A stretch of DNA of 63,896 bases, filler included, from an uncultured Planctomycetaceae bacterium (GTDB lineage: Bacteria > Planctomycetota > Planctomycetia > Planctomycetales > Planctomycetaceae): the NCBI GenBank assembly GCA_963976765.1. It is 3 parts of 3 records of this genome, joined end to end, with 100 filler letters (N's around TTAATTAATTAA, not from the genome) between each part and the next. Parts side by side here need not be neighbours in the genome. Positions count along the whole stretch, not along the records: positions 29,118 to 55,365 come from CAXBME010000053.1; positions 55,466 to 63,896 come from CAXBME010000072.1; 1 more part is not named here. One strand, 5' to 3'. This document shows positions 45,826 through 55,578 of the stretch, piece by piece (the stretch's first letter is position 1; each line of letters starts with the position of its first letter). A model generated the notes under the pieces. The model made no database searches and was not told the origin of the DNA. It saw only the letters and a list, made by a program, of their open reading frames with translations. The translations under genes and the position numbers were made by a program.

Positions 45826-46995
45826 ATGCTGCAGATTTATGGCCGAAGATACGACACCGGAGAAACTGTCTGCATCACCACCGAGGGTGACCGCATCAAG
45901 TCGGTTGAGCCGTTTGTTCCGCAGACAGCGTCCGCGAAGTTGCCACTGATCGCTCCCGGCCTGTTCGATTTGCAGATCAACGGGCATGGCGGAACATGGT
46001 TCAGCGACGAGTCACTGACTCCGGAAAAAGTCATCCGCACGCTGGAGCCGCACTACAGGTTCGGCATTACTCGCCTGATGCCGACTCTGGTGACTGCATC
46101 ACACGAAGCCTTCATCTCCGGATTTTCAGCCATTCGACAGGCGTGCGAGCAGGAACGCTGGGTCGATCAGATGGTTGCGGGGTGTCATCAGGAAGGCCCG
46201 TACATCGCGCGTGAAGACGGCCCTCGAGGCGCCCATCCGTTGCAGCACGTTCGAGCTGCCGACTGGGACGAGTTCTGCCACTATCAGGACGCAGCCGGTG
46301 GGCGAATCCGTCTGGTGACGCTTGCTCCGGAAGCCGACGGAGCTGTCGCCTTTATTAAAAAGGCAGTCGCATCCGGAATTACGATCGCGATCGGCCACAC
46401 GGGCGCAACGTCGGATCAGATTGCCGCCGCTGCCGATGCCGGAGCGCGTCTGAGCACGCACTTAGGAAACGGTGCTCATGGCCAGATGCGACGGCACCCG
46501 AATTACATCTGGGACCAGCTCGGGGATTCGCGGCTGATGGCCAGCATCATTCCGGACGGACATCATCTTCCGCCTTCGGTAATTCGATCGTTCATCGCCG
46601 CCAAAGGAAAATCGAACATCGTCATCACCTGCGACGCCGCTGGACTGGCAGGTTGTCCGCCGGGGACGTACGAAGCCGCTTCCGGGCAGGTCGAAATTCT
46701 CAAAGACGGTCGCATCGTCATCGCCGGGCAAAATCAGCTGCTGGCAGGATCGAGTCTCGCAACCGACGTCTGCGTCGCTCACGCTTTGAGCGTTGCCGAT
46801 TTATCGTTGCGCGAAGCGTTCGATATGGCCGGACGAAACCCGTGTCGATTGCTTGGCTGCGAAGAGGTTCGTCTTTCGAGCGGATCGCTCGCTGACCTCG
46901 TCGTTTTTAACTACGCAGGGCCGGGTTCACGATTCGAATGGAAGGCGACAGTCGCGTCTGGAGAACTCCGTTTCGGAACTCCTGCTCTGACGTAG
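45826..46995 (+). CDS. nagA: N-acetylglucosamine-6-phosphate deacetylase
   Basis: PG..DLQING, H.EGPY...GAH, TLAPE, GHT, THL.N, DG.H, LAGS. Confidence 0.88.
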   Translation: MLQIYGRRYDTGETVCITTEGDRIKSVEPFVPQTASAKLPLIAPGLFDLQINGHGGTWFSDESLTPEKVIRTLEPHYRFGITRLMPTLVTASHEAFISGFSAIRQACEQERWVDQMVAGCHQEGPYIAREDGPRGAHPLQHVRAADWDEFCHYQDAAGGRIRLVTLAPEADGAVAFIKKAVASGITIAIGHTGATSDQIAAAADAGARLSTHLGNGAHGQMRRHPNYIWDQLGDSRLMASIIPDGHHLPPSVIRSFIAAKGKSNIVITCDAAGLAGCPPGTYEAASGQVEILKDGRIVIAGQNQLLAGSSLATDVCVAHALSVADLSLREAFDMAGRNPCRLLGCEEVRLSSGSLADLVVFNYAGPGSRFEWKATVASGELRFGTPALT

Positions 46996-47375
46996 GCGTC
47001 AAACCGGGGCTATCTCGTTTTCGCTGAGAGGCCCGTCGATCGGTTGTTTGCAAATGACGCAAAATCGCCGTTCGCAGGCTGGGAAGCTGTCGTCATAAAC
47101 TGAAATTGTCGTTGGCGCAGAGTTTGCTTTCTTCGAGTAACGCCTGTGATTACGGCGAATTTGTCATGAGAATGCTTCAAAATGCCTCTCTTTGCTTAAT
47201 GATGGTTCATTTCTTCACAGATCGATTGGCCCATGTCGGCGTGGGCTTTATCCTGCTGACCAGAAAGTGCATGCCGGTGTTAGACTCAACCTGCATCCCT
47301 TCCACAGACTCGCCGTCAGACAGCTTCAATAACGAGTCACGATTTGAGTTCATTGCCTTAGCAGCTTCCGAATAA

Positions 47376-48797
47376 ATGCAGTTTGCCACGACAGACGATC
47401 TCACTCGCGAGCTGCTCAAGCTTCGCCTGGTAACTGAAGAGGACCTCGCCAGCTGTCAGGCGAGCAACCCGATTACGTCTGAGCCAAAATCGTTGCTGAA
47501 AGCTCTGGAGCGTCAACATCTGCTGACCTCTTATCAGGTCTCAAAACTCAGCAGCGACGAGGATGCTCCGCTGGTTCTGGGTGGTTGCAAGCTGATGTAT
47601 CAAAATGCGTCGGGCAGCTTTGCTCGCGTGTTTCGCGGATGTCGGATCGACACCGGCGAGATCGTCGGGCTGAAAGTTCTCCGCACCCGGTACCTGGACG
47701 ACCCGCAGTCGGTTGCCCACTTCCATCGGGAAGCGGAACTGTGCATGAAGCTACAACATAAGAATATTGTGCCGATTTACAGCGTTGACACGGAAGGCGA
47801 CGACCACTTCTTCACGATGGAATTTGTGGAAGGCGGCAACCTGCGAGACTTCGCCAACATCCGCGGCAAGTTTCAACCGGCGGACCTGCTGCGTTGTGCG
47901 ACCGACATGGCCGAGGGGCTCGAATACGCACTCAGCAAGGGCATGACGCATCGTGACTTCAAGCTGTCCAACGTTCTGATGAGCAGTAAGGGCGTTGCCA
48001 AGCTGGTCGACTTCGGCCTCGCTGGTGACGACGACTCAAGCAGCAGCAACGATGTTCAGGCTGTTGAATACGCGACACTGGAGAAGCACACTGGTGCTCC
48101 TCGAAACGATCCTCGCAGTGATCTCTTTTTTCTGGGAGCGGTGCTTTACGAACTGGCAACCGGCACCAGCCCGTACCCACCAACAAAGAGCCTCGAAGAC
48201 CGAAAGATGTTTTCGAGGTATTCAGGCATCCGCCCGGTTCGCAGAGCCGATCCGAATATCAACCCTCACGTTGCGGATATCATTGACCGGCTTCTGAGAA
48301 TTATTCCTCAGGAACGCTACCAGTCGGCAACGGAGTTGCTGGTCGATTTACGAGTGGCCTTGAAGGCTCTCGGCGCCGAAACTCCGGAGGAAGCGACCCA
48401 ACAGACTCCACGACTTTCAACGGTGCTTTGTGTCGAGTACCGGGTCAAGCAGCAGGATATGCTGAGAGACTACCTCTCGAAGCACAGCTTCAGGGTGTTG
48501 ATGTTGACAGCCTGGGATCGGGCTTTGACGCGGATTAAGAACAACCCGCCCGACTGCCTGTTACTGATGGGCGAAGCCGTCGGCGATGGCGACAACAAAG
48601 ATATCTACGATGAGGCCTTGCGCTGGTGCAACCTGAAGGGTACCGCCGTTGTTATTGTTGTTGCCGCCGCCGAGAAGGGCGTCGAGAACCAACTGAACTT
48701 GAACGCTTCGTCGCGAATCATCATGCAGCCGACGACGCTCCGCGACGTCCGCACATCAATTACCGAAGTCTTAAAGTCAAAAATGAATCGGGAGTAA
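47376..48797 (+). CDS. Hanks-type Ser/Thr kinase with C-terminal receiver-like domain
   Basis: GSFARV, LKVL, HRDFK.SN, DFGL, SDLFFLG. Confidence 0.9.
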   Translation: MQFATTDDLTRELLKLRLVTEEDLASCQASNPITSEPKSLLKALERQHLLTSYQVSKLSSDEDAPLVLGGCKLMYQNASGSFARVFRGCRIDTGEIVGLKVLRTRYLDDPQSVAHFHREAELCMKLQHKNIVPIYSVDTEGDDHFFTMEFVEGGNLRDFANIRGKFQPADLLRCATDMAEGLEYALSKGMTHRDFKLSNVLMSSKGVAKLVDFGLAGDDDSSSSNDVQAVEYATLEKHTGAPRNDPRSDLFFLGAVLYELATGTSPYPPTKSLEDRKMFSRYSGIRPVRRADPNINPHVADIIDRLLRIIPQERYQSATELLVDLRVALKALGAETPEEATQQTPRLSTVLCVEYRVKQQDMLRDYLSKHSFRVLMLTAWDRALTRIKNNPPDCLLLMGEAVGDGDNKDIYDEALRWCNLKGTAVVIVVAAAEKGVENQLNLNASSRIIMQPTTLRDVRTSITEVLKSKMNRE

Positions 48798-48800
48798 GTG

Positions 48801-49280
48801 ATGGCCTTTGACCCTCTTGAACAGCGACGCATCATGGGATCCTTCGCGACGGGCGTAACCGTCGTCACGACAAACAGCAATCCTCCCACCGGCCTGACGG
48901 CTAATGCCGTAACATCCCTTTCGCTCGACCCGCCGCTGGTGCTGGTTGCCGTTGATAAGAAAGCCGGCTCGCATCAGGCTATCAAAGATGCGGGATGCTT
49001 CGCCATGAACATTCTGACCTCAGAGCAGCAAAGCGTTTCCAACAAGTTCGCCTCTCCTGGACCGAAAGACTTTTCGGATCTGAGTATCAGGACGGCGGAA
49101 ACTGGAGCGCCGATCATCGCGGACTGCCTGGGCTGGGTTGACTGCAAACTGACCGAAATTCTGCCCGGCGGCGACCACGACATCTTCATCGGAGAGATCG
49201 TCGCTGGAGAGCTGAATTCAGGTGATCCGTTGCTCTACTTCGCCGGAAAGTACCGCGACGTCGCACCGCTCGACGCCTGA
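48801..49280 (+). CDS. Flavin reductase-like protein
   Basis: FATGVTVVT, SLSLDPPLV, GDHDIFIG. Confidence 0.92.
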   Translation: MAFDPLEQRRIMGSFATGVTVVTTNSNPPTGLTANAVTSLSLDPPLVLVAVDKKAGSHQAIKDAGCFAMNILTSEQQSVSNKFASPGPKDFSDLSIRTAETGAPIIADCLGWVDCKLTEILPGGDHDIFIGEIVAGELNSGDPLLYFAGKYRDVAPLDA

Positions 49281-49418
49281 CGAATTCGTTGGAGAAAGTG
49301 TGCACCTGGCTCTGCCAGTGCCGCTGGCTGTTGATCAAGCGGTGCATCCGGCATCAGAATGTTGAATCTGGTACTGGTACTGGATATTGAATTTGCGTCT
49401 TGCAGAGCCGGTGATTGC

Positions 49419-50864
49419 ATGAGTGAAAACGGAATCAGCCGTCGAGAGTTTCTCGGGACAAGCTCGTTCAGCGCAGGAAGTCTGGCACTGGCCTGGCTGA
49501 TTCAGCAGGACGACGCGTTTGCCAGGCCGGCGAAGCCTGAACTTGAACCTCGATCTTTTGATCAGACTCCGAAGCAGCCGCACTTCGAGCCCAAAGCGAA
49601 GGCGATGATTTCGCTCTGGATGCAGGGAGGACCTTCGCACCACGACCTGTTCGATCCGAAGCCCGGGATGAAGAAGTGGGACGGCCAGGCGTTTCCCGGC
49701 GAGATTAAGTACGACAACGCGGCGCAGGCAAGTTCCAAAGTCTTTGCAAGTCCCTGGGAATTTCGAAACCGCGGCGAATGCGGAATGGAACTGTCCGAGC
49801 TGATTCCGAACATCGCCGGAATTGCTGACGACATCTGTCTGGTCCGTTCAATGAAGACCGGCGTGAATAATCACGGGCAGTCCATCCGTGCGTTGATCAA
49901 CGGTCGAGTCCTCGGCGGTCGACCATCGATCGGAAGCTGGCTGACTTACGGACTCGGCAGCGAGACCCAGAACCTTCCGGCCTACATGGCGTTGATCGAT
50001 CCTGGCCAGCTTCCTGTGATGGGTGTTGAAAACTGGTCGAATGGTTTTCTGCCAGCAGTTTATCAGGGCACCGTCATCCGTGCTCAGGAGCCAAGGATTC
50101 TGAATCTTCAGCCGCCAGGTTATCTCAGTGGAAAAGTTCAGGATCGCTCGCTGGCATTTCTTGAAAAGTTGAACGACCGGCATCTTGAGCAGCGACCAGG
50201 GCAGCTCGATCTGGAAGCCAGAATTCAAAGTTACGAACTCGCTGCACGTATGCAGACGGCAGCGGCCGAAGCGATGGACCTGAGTAGGGAATCGAAATCG
50301 GTCCAGACGATGTACGGAATGTTCGACGGCGGCACGACAGCCGAGTACGGCAGTCGATGCCTGATCGCTCGGCGGCTTGTTGAACGAGGCGTCCGCTTTG
50401 TGCAGGTCTTTACGCAGAACCAGTTATGGGACAGCCACGGTTCGATCCGCAGCGCTCTCCCGGCAGCCTGTAAGAAAGTCGACAAAGGCTCGGCGGCGCT
50501 GGTCGCCGATTTGAAGCAGCTTGGAATGCTGGATTCGACGGTTGTGCAATGGGGCGGTGAAATGGGACGCCTGCCGGTCATCCAGAACGATGCCGGTCCG
50601 GCGAAAATCGGACGAGACCATAACACCTACGGATTCTCGCACTGGTATGCGGGGGGAGGATTCAAAGCTGGCCACGTCCACGGCACGACTGACGAGTGGG
50701 GACACCACGCAGTCGACGACGTTGTCAATCATTACGACATTCACGCGACGCTGCTTCACCTGTTCGGTATCGACGCTCCGGAGCTGACCTACAAACGGAA
50801 CGGTCGAGAGCAGACACTGCTCGATGGCCAGCCGGGAAGCGTGGTCGACAAGCTGCTGGCGTAG
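49419..50864 (+). CDS. DUF1501 protein with twin-arginine signal
   Basis: SRREFL, GGPSH.DLFDPKP, ARRLVERGVRFVQ, WDSH, GEMGR, GRDH. Confidence 0.92.
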   Translation: MSENGISRREFLGTSSFSAGSLALAWLIQQDDAFARPAKPELEPRSFDQTPKQPHFEPKAKAMISLWMQGGPSHHDLFDPKPGMKKWDGQAFPGEIKYDNAAQASSKVFASPWEFRNRGECGMELSELIPNIAGIADDICLVRSMKTGVNNHGQSIRALINGRVLGGRPSIGSWLTYGLGSETQNLPAYMALIDPGQLPVMGVENWSNGFLPAVYQGTVIRAQEPRILNLQPPGYLSGKVQDRSLAFLEKLNDRHLEQRPGQLDLEARIQSYELAARMQTAAAEAMDLSRESKSVQTMYGMFDGGTTAEYGSRCLIARRLVERGVRFVQVFTQNQLWDSHGSIRSALPAACKKVDKGSAALVADLKQLGMLDSTVVQWGGEMGRLPVIQNDAGPAKIGRDHNTYGFSHWYAGGGFKAGHVHGTTDEWGHHAVDDVVNHYDIHATLLHLFGIDAPELTYKRNGREQTLLDGQPGSVVDKLLA

Positions 50865-50907
50865 TGTCTCGCTTCGATCCGGCGCCCGATTGTCAGGGAA
50901 AGCTGGC

Positions 50908-51168
50908 TTAGCCGCGAACGACTTGAATGCCGTTCTGTATGTTCAGCACGCCTTCGGTCTTCATGACGGCCTGCTGAGCAAGTTGCAGAAGATAGAACTG
51001 CGGCAGGCGACCACTCAGTCGAACCTGCCCGTTCTCAACCACGACGTCCAGTCGACGAAGCTGGTGATAGCCGGTCTTTTGCAGACTGGTGCGGACGGAG
51101 GTTTCGAGTTCGTTGTCTGGCGAAGATAGAGTGCCGACAAAATGTGGTCGAAGTGTTGATTCTGACAT
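50908..51168 (-). CDS. BON domain protein
   Basis: V.LSG.LP.FYL.QLAQ...EGV..I.N.IQV. Confidence 0.8.
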   Translation of the reverse strand: MSESTLRPHFVGTLSSPDNELETSVRTSLQKTGYHQLRRLDVVVENGQVRLSGRLPQFYLLQLAQQAVMKTEGVLNIQNGIQVVRG

Positions 51169-51522
51169 GAGCCAAGCCCGAGTTGAATTCGCGGGACGGG
51201 TGAAGGGAAGAGAAGGGGAGCCAGATCTGGCGAACCCGCGCACTCTCACCATCGTTCCTTAGCACGACACAACTGGAACGGCATTGAATTTGAAACAACG
51301 TTCGGCATGAAAGGTGGCGATCCGTGAGATGTTTGCGGAATCTGCCACCTGGTGCCTCGCCCGGACGGGTGAAGAACCGGCACAGTTCGTACATTGGCCT
51401 CGAAAGGCGATATCGATAAAGCCACCAGAGACCATCGCGACAACAGACCGCAGCCGCCTGAAGTGCCCCTGAGCTTGCGACAGAATTTCCCGTCAGACAT
51501 CACGACTTTGTACGGTCGATTC

Positions 51523-52086
51523 ATGACCAACATGCCACTAAATTCACCGAACTGCTGGCTCGTCATCGACCTGGAAGCCACCTGCTGCAACGGCGGCGAG
51601 TTTCCTCGCGAGGAAATGGAAATCATTGAAATTGGAGCCGTCATCGCCGACGGAAAGACGTTTCAGCCGATCGTCGAGTTTCAGACCTTTGTTCGCCCTG
51701 TCCGGCATCCTGAGCTGACAGCGTTCTGTCGTGAGCTGACAGGGATCGAGCCATCGGACGTTTACTCCGCCGTTGGCTTTGTCGAAGCAATGTCCCGGCT
51801 GGCTGCCTGGCTGTCTGGTTATCCCGACGCCGTATTCTGCTCCTGGGGTGAGTACGACCGTCGGCAATTCGAACGGGACTGTGTCTTCCACAAAGTTGCC
51901 TGGTTGTTCGGAAGCCGACACGTCAATTTGAAGAGGCGGTACTCAGATCGATTCGGACTGAAGCGAGGTCAGGGTTTCGGAGAAGTTCTCAGGAAACACA
52001 ACCTGATCTTCAAAGGGCGACCGCATCGCGGTATCGATGACGCTCGAAACATCGTCCGAATGCTGCCGATTATTTTCGAATCGTGA
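51523..52086 (+). CDS. DEDDh 3'-5' exonuclease (KapD/ERI-1-like)
   Basis: IDLEATC, EIIEIG, SWG.YD, HRGIDDA.N. Confidence 0.9.
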   Translation: MTNMPLNSPNCWLVIDLEATCCNGGEFPREEMEIIEIGAVIADGKTFQPIVEFQTFVRPVRHPELTAFCRELTGIEPSDVYSAVGFVEAMSRLAAWLSGYPDAVFCSWGEYDRRQFERDCVFHKVAWLFGSRHVNLKRRYSDRFGLKRGQGFGEVLRKHNLIFKGRPHRGIDDARNIVRMLPIIFES

Positions 52087-52258
52087 CCTCGTTCAACTGG
52101 TGGGGTACCAGCCGCTTTTTCGGCAACCCCTGAATCCGTCCAGGGTTTCCGTCTTTGCTCGATTCAGAAGAATGTTCGCAAACGTCTGCAGAAAGTGGCT
52201 GCCAATGCAGTTGTCGTCTGGCCTGGGGAAACTGTAACCTACGCGCGAGGCCACAAAC

Positions 52259-52340
<82 letters not shown>

Positions 52341-52353
52341 CTCAGATTGTGAG

Positions 52354-52387
52354 AGGACTTACGTCGAACTGGCGTGAGTCCTTTTTT
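52354..52387 (+). terminator. Intrinsic terminator after tRNA
   Basis: AGGACTTACGTC-GAACT-GGCGTGAGTCCT followed by T-run. Confidence 0.75.
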
Positions 52388-52601
52388 GTTCCCGCTGAGG
52401 GGTTACCAGAAAGGCCACCTTCCAGCCGACAGTCGGAATCAAGCTTGACCGCTCGATGTAGTTCCATCGCCGTTGATTGACAATCCTGCCCGACGTGGAA
52501 GTTCATCGTAGTTTCGATCGATTCGTGGCGAATCAGTTCCTGAAGAACTCGCGGCCACTTTGAAAGTTACCAATTAGCACCGCACTTATTCAGTCAGTAC
52601 C

Positions 52602-52661
52602 CGACGTTCCTATGCAAAACCCCGCGCGGCCCGCGGCTCCGTGTGCAACATTTTGTTATGC
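52602..52661 (-). repeat. Truncated attC
   Basis: GCATAAC-AAAATGTTGCACACGGAG half present; distal half missing. Confidence 0.6.
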
Positions 52662-53378
52662 CACGTTGTAGATGACGGGCATTTGACCTTTCCATCTTGT
52701 CCACGTGTCGTCGTCTGCAATTAGTTCAGCCATGAAGTGAGCGACATTGATTCGGCTGGTTTTGCCTGAATTGAAGATAGCACTTCGCGTCGGTGAAGGA
52801 AAAACATTGTATTCGCTGACGGCCGATTCGTCGGTGAGGCCGTCAGGTCGGACAGCCGCCCACTCGATTGTCTGGTCGGTTTGACCGATCACGGTTCGGA
52901 GGTAGTCAGACGCGATCTCATTATCGGCATGTGGAGGGAGAGCGACGCGAAGCATCGCGATGACGCACTTTTGGGCAAACGAAATTGGCTCGGAAAGGTC
53001 ACGGTTAGAGTTCCCCACCGTATTCATTAGCACAAACTTGGTGGGTCGTTCCATGCTGTTTGCCTTTGCAGCATCACATAACCGTCGTGTGGCATCGGCG
53101 ACCAACCTGCGAGGATGTCCAAAGATTCCCTTAAGTGTCAAGTTGTGGCCAAGACAAGATGCCACAGCATCACAGCCGTTGACAAATTCGGCCATGTCGG
53201 CGTCAGTTGCGTCCGATATACTTGCCTCAATCACATGCAGGTGTTGGTGTTTCAGGAGCGCCTCGGGGAGCTTGGAGGATGATCGCAGAACCGCTCTGAC
53301 TTGATGCTCACGGTTTAGCAGTTGCTCAACGAGTAGACGCCCAGTCGCTCCACTTGCGCCAACGACAAGCGACGTCAT
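52656..53378 (-). CDS. NAD(P)-binding Rossmann protein (cassette)
   Basis: VVGASGATG, VRPDGL, SRINVA.F; stop lies within attC. Confidence 0.88.
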   Translation of the reverse strand: MTSLVVGASGATGRLLVEQLLNREHQVRAVLRSSSKLPEALLKHQHLHVIEASISDATDADMAEFVNGCDAVASCLGHNLTLKGIFGHPRRLVADATRRLCDAAKANSMERPTKFVLMNTVGNSNRDLSEPISFAQKCVIAMLRVALPPHADNEIASDYLRTVIGQTDQTIEWAAVRPDGLTDESAVSEYNVFPSPTRSAIFNSGKTSRINVAHFMAELIADDDTWTRWKGQMPVIYNVA

Positions 53379-53408
53379 GTAATGTTCCACCGGTGAAGCC
53401 TCTTAGTA

Positions 53409-53498
53409 GCATAACGCCAAGCGTAACCGGGCGGCGACGGTACGCGTTGATTATGAATACGACCGGATTCGCCGCTCCGGTTCACGCAATTGTTATGT
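53409..53498 (-). repeat. attC site
   Basis: - strand ACATAAC...CCGGAGCGGCGA...TCGCCGCCCGG...GTTATGC. Confidence 0.85.
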
Positions 53499-53526
53499 CA
53501 CGCGGTGAACTCACGCACGTTATAGT

Positions 53527-54027
53527 TTAGAACCTCGGCGCGCCCCCATTCAGACGATACAGCAATGAGATTTGTCCAGCATGTGTGTACCCGTGCTGAA
53601 TGCTCCACAGCAACGAGCCAAACTTAGTGCTAAACATCGGATGCTCGATAGGGACAGAGTCATCGAGCAACTCATCGGTGAACGTGGGTAATTCTGCGAG
53701 TATTTGGTCATGGACGCGGTCGAATGTCGCCATGATCAATTCAACCGGCGGGTAGGCACTCGGATTTGGGTCAGGTGTCGAATCTCTCGCAAACTTTTCG
53801 CGAAACGATACCGGAACCAGCTCAACGTCATCCGGACGGTCGCCCCGCGGAATCGCAAGGGCCAGTCCGTAATTGCCAATCGTAATGTGGCCAATCTGCC
53901 AGGCAATATGGGTGGGGCACACATCGGGAACGCGAAACCAATCGTCTGGACGAATTCCGTCAATCACCATGTTTGTGTATCGTCGAACAGACTGAAAATT
54001 CTCGGTTAGCAGGTCAATTCGGTTCAT
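53527..54027 (-). CDS. DinB family protein (cassette)
   Basis: HIAWQIGHI, QH..THAGQI. Confidence 0.85.
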   Translation of the reverse strand: MNRIDLLTENFQSVRRYTNMVIDGIRPDDWFRVPDVCPTHIAWQIGHITIGNYGLALAIPRGDRPDDVELVPVSFREKFARDSTPDPNPSAYPPVELIMATFDRVHDQILAELPTFTDELLDDSVPIEHPMFSTKFGSLLWSIQHGYTHAGQISLLYRLNGGAPRF

Positions 54028-54050
54028 GGAATATGGGGCCACATATAGTT

Positions 54051-54142
54051 GCATAACGACCGCGTTCACCGGGCGGCGGCGAACGACTTGGCAATGGAAA
54101 AACCCGCGTCGACCGCCGCTCCGGTGCAACGCATTGTTATCG
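54051..54142 (-). repeat. attC site
   Basis: - strand CGATAAC...CCGGAGCGGCG...CGCCGCCCGG...GTTATGC. Confidence 0.85.
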
Positions 54143-54493
54143 TGTTTCGTCTTCCTCAGGCGACGTTTGAGGGTAAACGTCCCAGTCCCAAAGGGCAAAT
54201 AGACTTCCGGCGAGGATTAGTCCTTTCACCGCGTGGCGGACTGTTATGCCCTTATCAAATACCATCACGATATACAGGACTGCAACAACGGAAAAGAATG
54301 AGAATGTAATCCAGCGTGCCCACGAGTGCTTGAGCCAAAGGCCGATGCCGACTGGCAGAAAGGCAGCTGCATATCTCTGCATGGCCGGTGAGTCGCCGCC
54401 GGTGGCAATAAACCACAGTGACGCAAAGATAAAGCAACCAGCGATCCACGCGATTCCGCCGCCAGGAGGGCGAATGTCGAAGTATGACTTCAC
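54137..54493 (-). CDS. Multi-pass membrane protein (cassette gene 2 of 2)
   Basis: GTG start overlapping upstream TGA; hydrophobic; stop within attC. Confidence 0.65.
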   Translation of the reverse strand: MKSYFDIRPPGGGIAWIAGCFIFASLWFIATGGDSPAMQRYAAAFLPVGIGLWLKHSWARWITFSFFSVVAVLYIVMVFDKGITVRHAVKGLILAGSLFALWDWDVYPQTSPEEDETR

Positions 54494-54816
54494 AGGTATT
54501 GCCTCAGCCAATTGACTGCGAGATAGGCGGCTACTGCAGATGCTTGCCGTATCCACGCATTCTGTTCGTCAACAAAGTCCACAATAGCCCAGATGGCACA
54601 TGCAAAGAACAACAGTTGGCACCCGGCACCAAACGAGAAGTTGACAACTCGATCCATCCACAACCAAGGAAACTGCAATTCAGAGCCCGCTGCGCGGTGC
54701 CCTTCACGGATATGGTACATTTCAACGCCGCCGTACGTGCCGCCGGCGAGAGCAGTGGCCCACGTTGTTGGGTGCAGAAGAATTCGCGACCTGATGAATC
54801 GTTGGAAATCTGACAT
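54490..54816 (-). CDS. Membrane protein (cassette gene 1 of 2)
   Basis: MSDFQRF..., hydrophobic segments. Confidence 0.55.
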   Translation of the reverse strand: MSDFQRFIRSRILLHPTTWATALAGGTYGGVEMYHIREGHRAAGSELQFPWLWMDRVVNFSFGAGCQLLFFACAIWAIVDFVDEQNAWIRQASAVAAYLAVNWLRQYL

Positions 54817-54837
54817 AAGGCGGAGATGGTGTTTGCA

Positions 54838-54927
54838 CGATAACGCCCGCAATCACCGGGCACGAGAGGTTGACTGTGTATTCAGAACACACGTGAGCGA
54901 GTGCTCCGGTGCATTGCATTGTTATCT
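54838..54927 (-). repeat. attC site
   Basis: - strand AGATAAC...CCGGAGCAC...GTGCCCGG...GTTATCG. Confidence 0.85.
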
Positions 54928-55308
54928 GGTTTGGCAGGACCGGTTTCAAATAGTGATGCAGGCTGCGGACCAGAGTTTTGACCGAGCACTTTTGCCAGAG
55001 CACCGTTTTGACCGAGGACCATCTCAGTGTTAACGAAACGCAAGTTTGCCAGACGCCGATTCAGTTGTCTAGTGGGCGTGTTTGTTTTCATCGGCAAGCC
55101 GAACGTTCGATGAGAAACGGCGGCGACGATTGAGCGACGCTGATGGCCGAGCACCTTTGTCAGCATGACAATTCGCCCGAGCACCAGTCGCGTGACGGAA
55201 CTTGAATCGCGAAGCCGAACCTTCGATCGAAAGCGGCAGCTTCAACTGTGCAGCATTGTTGACCGAGCACCATTGTCAGCATGATTTCTCGACCGAGCAC
55301 CAGTTGCC

Positions 55309-55365
55309 AGATAACGCCCGCAATCACCGGGCACGAGAGGTTGACTGTGAATTCAGAACACGCGT
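55309..55365 (-). repeat. attC site truncated by contig end
   Basis: Near-identical to 54838-54894. Confidence 0.8.
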
Positions 55366-55465
55366 NNNNNNNNNNNNNNNNNNNNNNNNNNNNNNNNNNN
55401 NNNNNNNNNTTAATTAATTAANNNNNNNNNNNNNNNNNNNNNNNNNNNNNNNNNNNNNNNNNNNN
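55366..55465. other. Artificial contig linker
   Basis: N-run containing TTAATTAATTAA. Confidence 0.97.
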
Positions 55466-55578
55466 TGTGACGTCGTCGTCGTTTCTTCGTCATCGAAAGT
55501 CTCCTGGCCCACAATCGGGCGGGCTAGACTCTCATAACAAGTGGATCAGTTTGAGGGAGGCACTCCAGAGGCATTCCA
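55466..55578 (-). mobile_element. Left end of IS3-family element (orfA start MTKKRRRRH at 55493), cut by contig edge
   Basis: TGG...AAACTGATCCAC terminus, AGGAG RBS, basic orfA N-terminus. Confidence 0.6.

Larger units (their letters stand above)
52602..55365 (-). mobile_element. Integron-type gene cassette array (4 cassettes, 5 attC sites; integrase not in view)
   Basis: ~90-bp palindromic sites bounded by TAAC...GTTA separating co-oriented - strand genes; cassette ends complementary. Confidence 0.85.

Noticed and set aside
54028..54198. N-terminal extension of the DinB ORF, and ORFs 54882-55184 and 54593-55033
   Set aside because: They read through attC palindromes, which are often stop-poor; no protein-like features.
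52602..55365. Repeats as a CRISPR array
   Set aside because: Repeats are ~90 bp, divergent and separated by gene-sized intervals; short repeats have no regular unique spacers; no cas genes.
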